A stretch of 64,000 nt of DNA, from assembly GCA_945288535.1 (NCBI GenBank), contig CALYQQ010000017.1:1733-65732 (forward strand), read 5' to 3'. This document shows, one piece after another, positions 56,319 through 64,000 of this stretch. Below the pieces are notes generated by a model. The model was given only the letters and a program-made list of their open reading frames with translations. It was not told the DNA's origin and made no database searches. Both the position numbers and the translations under genes were made by a program. The first letter of the stretch is position 1, and every line of letters begins with the position of its first letter. Source of the DNA: an uncultured Enterobacterales bacterium (GTDB lineage Bacteria > Pseudomonadota > Gammaproteobacteria > Enterobacterales > CALYQQ01).

Positions 56319-57167
56319 TTAATCATGATAATATTGCCCTAGTGTCACACGATTATTTCCTGCGTAATCTTTGTATGTTTTTATATTAGTATAACCTGTC
56401 TGGCTAAATAACGCCTGAACATCTTTAGCTTGTTGCCAGCCATGTTCTATTAATAACCAACCACCAGTAATTATATACTGAGGTGCCAAAGAAATAATAT
56501 GACGAATATCAGACAACCCTTTTTCATTTGCAACTAATGCACTAAGGGGTTCAAATCGAATATCTCCTTGACGCAAATGCGGATCATTTGCGTCAATATA
56601 AGGGGGATTACTGACAATAATAGTAAATAGTTGTTTTTCTAGTGCACTAAACCAATGACTTTCTATAAAAGTAACATTATGGATCTTTAATTTTTCGGCA
56701 TTTTGTTTCGCTAATTCAACGGCTTTAGGATAATAATCTACTCCTATAACTTGACAATCCGATCGCTCACTCGCCATGGCTAATGCGATTGCTCCTGTCC
56801 CCGTACCTAAATCAGCGACTCGACAAGCCGTTTTTGGCATCAGGCTTAACGCTAACTCAACTAAACATTCCGTATCAGGCCGTGGAATTAATGTAACAGG
56901 TGATACCAGTAATGGTAATGACCAAAACTCACGCTCACCAACAAGATAAGCAACAGGTTCACCTTTTAATCGTCTTTGTAACAACGATTCTAACTTTTCC
57001 TGTTGTGCATGAGTTAATGCTGTTTCACCAAACGCCATTATATAGGCTCTAGATTTACCTGTAACAAATTGCAAAATAACTTCAGCATCACATTTTGGCG
57101 AATTAGCATAAGTGCTGTTAAGCAATAAGCGATTAACAGCAGAATGCATCCATTGTTGTAATGTCAT
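56319..57167 (-). CDS. prmC: Release factor glutamine N5-methyltransferase
   Basis: [36 protein letters not shown] and the catalytic NPPY (IVSNPPYI). 4-nt overlap with prfA. Confidence 0.93.
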   Translation of the reverse strand: MTLQQWMHSAVNRLLLNSTYANSPKCDAEVILQFVTGKSRAYIMAFGETALTHAQQEKLESLLQRRLKGEPVAYLVGEREFWSLPLLVSPVTLIPRPDTECLVELALSLMPKTACRVADLGTGTGAIALAMASERSDCQVIGVDYYPKAVELAKQNAEKLKIHNVTFIESHWFSALEKQLFTIIVSNPPYIDANDPHLRQGDIRFEPLSALVANEKGLSDIRHIISLAPQYIITGGWLLIEHGWQQAKDVQALFSQTGYTNIKTYKDYAGNNRVTLGQYYHD

Positions 57168-58249
57168 GCGTCCTGTTCCGATAAGGCAGTAAGTTGATCA
57201 GCTTGAAACTCATTAATTAACGGATCGATTAACACATCTAGTTTACCTTCCATTACTTCATCAAGGCGATAAAGTGTTAAATTAATTCGATGATCTGTTA
57301 CTCGTCCTTGAGGAAAATTATAAGTTCTATTTCTATCAGAACGATCGCCACTACCTAATAAGTTACGGCGAGTCGATGCTTCCTCTTGCTGACGTTTTTG
57401 CGTTTCAATAGCTTTAATTCGCGCCGCTAATACAGATAATGCTTTTATTTTGTTTTTATGCTGAGAACGTTCATCCTGACATTCAACCACAATACCTGTA
57501 GGTAAATGTGTAATACGAATGGCTGAATCCGTAGTATTAACGTGCTGACCACCCGCACCAGATGAACGAAATGTATCAATACGTAAATCCGCCTGATTTA
57601 TCTCTGAAACTTCCGTCTCAGGAACTTCTGGCATAACGGCCACAGTACACGCTGACGTATGAATACGACCTTGTGATTCTGTTTCAGGCACACGTTGTAC
57701 TCTATGTCCACCAGACTCAAACTTTAATCGACCGTAGGCACCTTCACCACTAATTTTCGTAATAATCTCTTTATAGCCACCATGCTCACCTTCATTAGCG
57801 TTCATGATTTCAATGCGCCAACGGCGACTTTCTGCATAACGGCTATACATACGGAAAAGATCACCTGAAAAAATAGCCGCCTCATCACCACCCGTTCCCG
57901 CACGAATTTCAAGATAACAGGCGCGTTCATCATCAGGATCTTTAGGTAATAATAATAACTGCAACTCTTGTTCAAGTTGGTCTGACTGCTCTTTTGCAAT
58001 TTTTAGTTCGTCTCGCGCAAGTTCCTTCATTTCAGGATCATTTAGCATTATTTGTGCTGTCTCAATATCTTCCTGGATTTGGTTCCAGCGACCAAAACAA
58101 CCAACAACATCACCAAGTTGAGAAAATTCTTTAGATAATGCTCTAAACTTAGTTTGATCACTAATTATTGTCGCGTCACCTAGTAACACCTGGAGTTCTT
58201 CATAACGTTCTTGTAATGATTCTAATTTTGCAATAATAGAAGGTTTCAT
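57164..58249 (-). CDS. prfA: Peptide chain release factor 1
   Basis: 361 aa with the PET tripeptide region ([17 protein letters not shown]) and the GGQ motif ([16 protein letters not shown]). Confidence 0.97.
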   Translation of the reverse strand: MKPSIIAKLESLQERYEELQVLLGDATIISDQTKFRALSKEFSQLGDVVGCFGRWNQIQEDIETAQIMLNDPEMKELARDELKIAKEQSDQLEQELQLLLLPKDPDDERACYLEIRAGTGGDEAAIFSGDLFRMYSRYAESRRWRIEIMNANEGEHGGYKEIITKISGEGAYGRLKFESGGHRVQRVPETESQGRIHTSACTVAVMPEVPETEVSEINQADLRIDTFRSSGAGGQHVNTTDSAIRITHLPTGIVVECQDERSQHKNKIKALSVLAARIKAIETQKRQQEEASTRRNLLGSGDRSDRNRTYNFPQGRVTDHRINLTLYRLDEVMEGKLDVLIDPLINEFQADQLTALSEQDA

Positions 58250-58282
58250 CTATCACTTAACCTTAATTTTATATAGGATGAG

Positions 58283-59545
58283 TTAATTCTTATCTAATCC
58301 AAGACATGACCGTAAAAATTGTAATTTTTGCCATTCTCCTGTCTGTGCAGTTTTATGCAAGGATTTTGTTGGTGCATGAATAAGTCGATTGGTTAATTTA
58401 TAAGCTAAAGTTTCGATCACTTGCTCTACATTACCCTGATGTTCGAGAGATTTTAATGCTTTTTTAACCAAATCATCACGAATAAATTCCGCTTGTTGTC
58501 GATAAGTACAAATAGTATCTGCAGCCCCTTGGGCTTGTAAACGCGACATAAATTCGTTAACTTCCTGCCGAATAATAATTTGAGCCTGTTGTGCAGCGAT
58601 CTGACGTTGCGCTATATTTTGTTCAACAATAGCGCGTAGATCATCTATGCTATACAAATAACAACCGGAGATCGTTGCCACATCAGCTGCGATATCTCTG
58701 GGAACGGCAATATCGATAAATAGCATAGGTTGGTAATGCCGCAATTTTGCAGAATGCGCAACAACCCCTTTGTCTAATATGGGTAGACAACTCGCTGTCG
58801 AACTAAATATGATATCTGCTTCATGTAAATATTTATTTAGCTCAGATAAACAAATAGCTTCAGCTTGTATCGTTTCCGCCAATTGTTGTGCGCGTTCTAT
58901 ACTTCGATTGGCAATAATAATACGTTTAACCTGATGGTTATTCAAATAACGTGCAACCAATTCAATCATTTCACCAGCACCAATCAACATTACTGTTAAT
59001 CTCGACATAGATTCAAAAATTTGACGTGCTAACATACAAGCAGCAAAAGCTACAGATACTGCTGATGAGCCAATTTCGGTTTCTGTTCTTACCTTTTTTG
59101 CTGTGGCAAAGCAACGTTGAAATAAATAATTAAGATCAGATGATATTGTCTGGCATCGTAATGCTCGAGAAAATGCTTGTTTAACTTGCCCTAAAATTTG
59201 TGGTTCGCCCAAAATAAGGGAATCTAATCCACAAGCGACGGATACTAAATGTTTTACCATTTCCTGATTTTCATAACAATAAATATGATAACTTAACTCA
59301 TCTAAATTTAATCGATGATAATGACATAACCATTCAGTTAATTTTTGTTTAATTTTGTTTCCATTCGTTGTAGAAATATATAGTTCAGTACGATTACATG
59401 TTGACAAAATAACAGAACCTAAAACAAATGGCTGTTCTGATAACTGTAACAGCGCATTATCAAGATGTTCTGGGGTAAAAGCGACCTTCTCCCTTAGCGA
59501 AACAGGCGCAGTTTTATGATTAATACCTAACACAAATAGACTCAT
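58283..59545 (-). CDS. hemA: Glutamyl-tRNA reductase
   Basis: MSLFVLGINHKTAPVSLREKVAF, ILSTCNRTELY (catalytic Cys), GEPQILGQVK and the NADPH-binding LIGAGEM. Confidence 0.95.
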   Translation of the reverse strand: MSLFVLGINHKTAPVSLREKVAFTPEHLDNALLQLSEQPFVLGSVILSTCNRTELYISTTNGNKIKQKLTEWLCHYHRLNLDELSYHIYCYENQEMVKHLVSVACGLDSLILGEPQILGQVKQAFSRALRCQTISSDLNYLFQRCFATAKKVRTETEIGSSAVSVAFAACMLARQIFESMSRLTVMLIGAGEMIELVARYLNNHQVKRIIIANRSIERAQQLAETIQAEAICLSELNKYLHEADIIFSSTASCLPILDKGVVAHSAKLRHYQPMLFIDIAVPRDIAADVATISGCYLYSIDDLRAIVEQNIAQRQIAAQQAQIIIRQEVNEFMSRLQAQGAADTICTYRQQAEFIRDDLVKKALKSLEHQGNVEQVIETLAYKLTNRLIHAPTKSLHKTAQTGEWQKLQFLRSCLGLDKN

Positions 59546-59797
59546 GACATTGCTATTTATAAATTAAAAAAATTGGCCTGTTGACGTTTTATATTATATG
59601 TTATAAACGCCTTATCTAACTACACATTATGCTTAATACTATATTTAGATTAACGTTGATGAATAATATTAATTATTTTGTATTGTTATATAGTATAATT
59701 GTTTATCAGTTATCAATAAAATAATTCCATGAAACCGTTTATTATAGTGTAATATGGATAGCTTTTTATAGATTATAACTGCCTGTTAAATTATTTT

Positions 59798-60448
59798 ATG
59801 AGAATATTAATGCGTTATCTATCTTTTCTTCGTAATAGTGCCCTAGCTTGTTGTATTTTATTATTAGTAGGCTGCCCATCAGTTCCAACAATTATAGGCA
59901 ATGACATTGATCAGAAAACGGCTGAGGCATCTGTACAATGGCAAAAAAATAAACAACAATTAACTAAAATTCTTCACTATCAGATTAAAGGATCCTTTGG
60001 CTACATATCTCAACAAAAGAGTGCCAGTGCACGTGTTTTATGGCAAGAATTTAATGTTAACAACTATAATTTATTATTAACCACGCCTTTTGGTAACAAA
60101 ATATTAGAAATGACAGTTCTGCCTGATTGGGTCAAAATTACTAACGATAAAGGCAACGAATTTGTTAATAATGACGCAGAACAGCTTCTTTATCAGTTAA
60201 CAAAATTAACTATTCCTTTAAAACAAATGCGTTTATGGTTGCTTGGTTTACCCGGTGATAATAGCCGTTATATTCTTGACGAACAATATCGTTTAAAACA
60301 AGTAATATTAAACCGTGGCAATAATGAATGGTTGGTTAATTATAAAAGCTATCACACCAAATTTTCACCGCAATTACCAAAAGAAATCGAAATAATACAG
60401 GGGAATCAAAAAATAAAATTAAAAATTGATACCTGGGATTTAAAATAA
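59798..60448 (+). CDS. lolB: Outer-membrane lipoprotein LolB
   Basis: Lipobox LLVGC. G.F.YIS.Q....[12 protein letters not shown] and LWLLGLPGD are collinear with E. coli LolB. The start is 59798 or 59810. Confidence 0.9.
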   Translation: MRILMRYLSFLRNSALACCILLLVGCPSVPTIIGNDIDQKTAEASVQWQKNKQQLTKILHYQIKGSFGYISQQKSASARVLWQEFNVNNYNLLLTTPFGNKILEMTVLPDWVKITNDKGNEFVNNDAEQLLYQLTKLTIPLKQMRLWLLGLPGDNSRYILDEQYRLKQVILNRGNNEWLVNYKSYHTKFSPQLPKEIEIIQGNQKIKLKIDTWDLK

Positions 60449-61287
60449 TGACTCAATGGCCTTCACCAGCAAAATTAAATTTATTTTTATATATTAATAA
60501 TCGTCGTTCAGATGGATATCATGAATTAGAGACGTTATTTCAATTTCTTGATTATAGTGACATTTTGACATTTCATTTAAGGCAAGATCAACAAATTCGC
60601 TTACTTACTCCTATTCCCGGCATCGCTGAACAAGATAACCTCATTGTTCGGGCTGCAAAGTTGTTACAAACTATGACAAATTGTCAACTTGGCATTGATA
60701 TCACGGTAAAAAAAATTTTACCAATGGGGGGGGGGCTTGGCGGTGGATCGTCTAACGCAGCAACGGTACTTGTGGCATTAAATCACATTTGGCAATGCGG
60801 TTTAACTGAGGAGGAGTTGATGGTATTAGGCGTGAGACTTGGCGCAGATGTACCCGTTTTTATTTTTGGCCATTCGGCTTATGCACAAGGTATAGGTGAA
60901 AAACTGACGCCAGTAAATCCACCTGAAAAGTGGTATTTAGTTGTTCATCCTGGCATTAATGTCTCTACTGCCAAAATATTTAGTGATCCTGAACTAAAAA
61001 GAGATTCACCTAAACTGACACTAAATGATAGACTAGCCATGCCTTTTGCAAATGATTGCCAATTTATTGTCCAAAAACGTTATGCAAAGGTTGAACAGCT
61101 TATTTACAGGCTGTTAAAATATAGTTCTGCACGTTTGACCGGAACAGGTGCTTGTGTATTTGCTGAATTCGATACAGAGCATGCTGCCCGTCAGGTGCTA
61201 AACCATATTCCTAAAGGATCGCACGGCTTTGTGGCCCGTGGTGTAAATACGTCTCCACTGATGCGTGTTTTTAGGAATGTAAACTGA
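60448..61287 (+). CDS. ispE: 4-diphosphocytidyl-2-C-methyl-D-erythritol kinase
   Basis: [29 protein letters not shown] and the GHMP kinase motif [14 protein letters not shown]. The ATG overlaps the lolB stop (TAATG). Confidence 0.95.
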   Translation: MTQWPSPAKLNLFLYINNRRSDGYHELETLFQFLDYSDILTFHLRQDQQIRLLTPIPGIAEQDNLIVRAAKLLQTMTNCQLGIDITVKKILPMGGGLGGGSSNAATVLVALNHIWQCGLTEEELMVLGVRLGADVPVFIFGHSAYAQGIGEKLTPVNPPEKWYLVVHPGINVSTAKIFSDPELKRDSPKLTLNDRLAMPFANDCQFIVQKRYAKVEQLIYRLLKYSSARLTGTGACVFAEFDTEHAARQVLNHIPKGSHGFVARGVNTSPLMRVFRNVN

Positions 61288-61390
61288 TTTTAGTCATAAG
61301 TAATTATTTAATTTTTGTGATGATTATTTATAGCGGAAAAACAAACTATTGTAATGTTAACGATCATTATCAAATTGAAAATGATGTTAA

Positions 61391-62374
<984 letters not shown>

Positions 62375-62427
62375 TAAATTAGAATAACGTATACTAATTA
62401 TTAGCTGACACTATTCTATCCATTTTA

Positions 62428-62461
62428 ACTACCGTTTATCTTGTTAGATACGGTAGTTTTT
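62428..62461 (+). terminator. Probable rho-independent terminator after prs
   Basis: AACTACCGTTTATC-TTGTTA-GATACGGTAGTT imperfect hairpin (one bulge) followed by TTTTATT. Confidence 0.5.
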
Positions 62462-62683
62462 ATTAGTTTAAATAGATGCCCAATATTACCTAAAATCCTT
62501 TTTAATCTATCAACTACAATTATTAAATGATAATATTAATATTATTTATTGTATCCTAGGCCACTTTTTTATCAGTCATTTTAATGAGGTCACTTATTTT
62601 GTACGACTCAATGCTATAAATACCCACAGTATTTTTATATTAATGTAGATGAATTTTTGTAAAATTTTTAACGAAATTGGTAT

Positions 62684-62723
62684 TATCTATATCTATATCT
62701 ATATCTATATCTATATCTATATA
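62684..62723. repeat. Hexanucleotide microsatellite (TATCTA), about 6.7 units
   Basis: Direct reading gives TATCTA x6 followed by TATA, a perfect tandem array in an ORF-free spacer. Confidence 0.95.
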
Positions 62724-63180
62724 AAATATTTTTTCTGAATAAATAAAACTATTAACCTACTTTGTAAAGAAAATATAAGAAAATAGCTATAGTTGACTGT
62801 TTGAGCTAGTTAAGCATAAAGAAGATGTCAATTAGATATTATTTTTTATATGTTACCAGAATAAAATTAGAATGAGTGGGGATAAAACAATCGTTTTCTC
62901 TATTATTATGTTGTTATTCATTTGATGATAAATACTTCATCTACTTGTATTTCGCACTTCTTTTTCATATTGCTTTTATTAAATAGATATTTTTATTATT
63001 AATCTATTCACCACTCATATCATTATATATAATTCTTTTTTAAATTATACTTTTTTGGGATCGATTAGCGTTTATGCATTTTCTTTAATCGTAAATAATA
63101 ATGACTAATAGTCTTATACGATGAAAAAATACTTCCCTCCTCTCGTTAGTTTTGATGTAATGTTACATTACAGCCAATCA

Positions 63181-63471
63181 TTATCTATCAATGATCCTAC
63201 TGCCTAACTGGCGATGTTGTTTTTTATATTGTTCAACGCGACGGATAGCCCAATATTTATCAACGATTCGCTCTGTACCACTGAAACGCACACCAACTAA
63301 CCAAATAAAGGCGCCTAAAAATATTGCAACAATAGCGCTTTGTGCATGTAGATTTGAGAGTCCCAATTCCGACGAATAGCTAAGAATAGAAAAACAGAAT
63401 CCAAGCATCATCATAACCATCCCAATCCCCATCAGACCATTACCAATTTTTGCGTTAACTTTATGTTTCAT
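63181..63471 (-). CDS. ychH: Small inner-membrane protein YchH
   Basis: 96 aa with two TM helices. G..LMG.G.V.M..G...SIL, plus ..GA..WL.G.R..G.E....YW..R and a basic tail, parallels E. coli YchH. Adjacent to pth, as in E. coli. Confidence 0.75.
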   Translation of the reverse strand: MKHKVNAKIGNGLMGIGMVMMMLGFCFSILSYSSELGLSNLHAQSAIVAIFLGAFIWLVGVRFSGTERIVDKYWAIRRVEQYKKQHRQLGSRIIDR

Positions 63472-63762
63472 ACTTCCCCCTTTAATTTAATAGAGTAAAC
63501 ATGTTTGTTAACATAGCTTTTATTTAAGTATAGCCCTATAAAATGTGTATAAATTGCTAATCGTCACAAATATCAATTTTTGTTTATTTTTTAGTTACAC
63601 TATACAAGTACCCTCTTCTCGCTGTAACGCTTAATACATTGTTTGTGTAAGAATAGATCGACTCACTTTGCTATAGCTTAGTTTCATGGATAAAATAGTA
63701 AATTGACGATAAAAGAATTAGTCTTCTAATCAATAAAAGAAGATAAGAAAAAAGAGGTAAGT

Positions 63763-64000
63763 GTGACGAAAATTAAATTAATTGTTGGTCTAGCAAATCC
63801 TGGCGCAGAGTATGCAGCTACACGGCATAATGCGGGTGCCTGGTATGTGAATGCGTTAGCTGAATATTACAATCAACAACTTAAACAAGAAAGTAAATTT
63901 TTTGGTTATACCAGCCAAATATCGATTGATGGGCGAGATGTTCGACTACTAGTACCAACGACATTTATGAATCTAAGTGGTAAGGCCGTTGTTGCCTTAG
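63763..64000 (+). CDS. pth: Peptidyl-tRNA hydrolase (5' part; runs off the window)
   Basis: GTG 63763 with AAGAGG upstream. (V)[54 protein letters not shown] is almost identical to the E. coli Pth N-terminus. Not in the ORF track because no stop lies within the window. Confidence 0.92.
   Translation, partial: MTKIKLIVGLANPGAEYAATRHNAGAWYVNALAEYYNQQLKQESKFFGYTSQISIDGRDVRLLVPTTFMNLSGKAVVAL

Noticed and set aside
62684-62723. I checked whether the tandem repeat, or anything else in the window, is a CRISPR array.
   Set aside because: The unit is 6 bp with no spacers. No repeat-spacer architecture or cas genes occur anywhere in the 64 kb.
62872-62925. 17-codon hydrophobic ORF MSGDKTIVFSIIMLLFI, which is type-I-toxin-like in size and composition.
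   Set aside because: It has no SD, no obvious antisense RNA promoter or terminator, and no repeat copies. Such mini-ORFs are frequent by chance in AT-rich DNA.

Overview
AT-rich gammaproteobacterial chromosome. Gene content and order follow the Enterobacterales core, and the spacers are very AT-rich. Several genes are decayed, which suggests a host-restricted Morganellaceae or Arsenophonus-like lineage; that taxonomic guess is inference only.

Layout, left to right:
- Prophage capsid relic (1-756).
- ptsH-ptsI-crr, macAB, gltX, and a divergent tRNA operon (Val-Val-Val-Lys).
- A long block collinear with, and inverted relative to, E. coli K-12 dgt...hpt: dgt, mtnN, btuF, yadS, erpA, hemL, [island], mrcB, hrpB(pseudo), sfsA(pseudo), dksA, gluQ(relic), pcnB, folK, yadH, yadG, can, hpt.
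- An accessory stretch: aldo-keto reductase, abgB-abgT, nnr, a 1123-aa autotransporter, and pxpBCA plus DUF969/DUF979.
- A second core block: dauA, kdsA, sirB1, prmC, prfA, hemA, lolB, ispE, prs, ychH, pth.

The most unusual feature is at 16.66-19.90 kb, where E. coli carries fhuACDB. It is a collinear but drastically reduced pdu-type bacterial microcompartment cluster. It keeps only PduA-, PduB-, PduD-, PduM- and PduU-like ORFs, all intact. No catalytic diol dehydratase subunits, aldehyde dehydrogenase, pentamer protein or any other pdu enzyme is present.

Other points:
- An entericidin-like lipoprotein gene absent from the ORF track.
- A conserved ATT start codon for pcnB.
- A G10 run inside ispE.
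- A hexanucleotide microsatellite.
- Well-resolved inactivating lesions in hrpB and sfsA.

No CRISPR array, transposase or rRNA was seen. All homology calls come from reading the translations against remembered family sequences, not from database searches.
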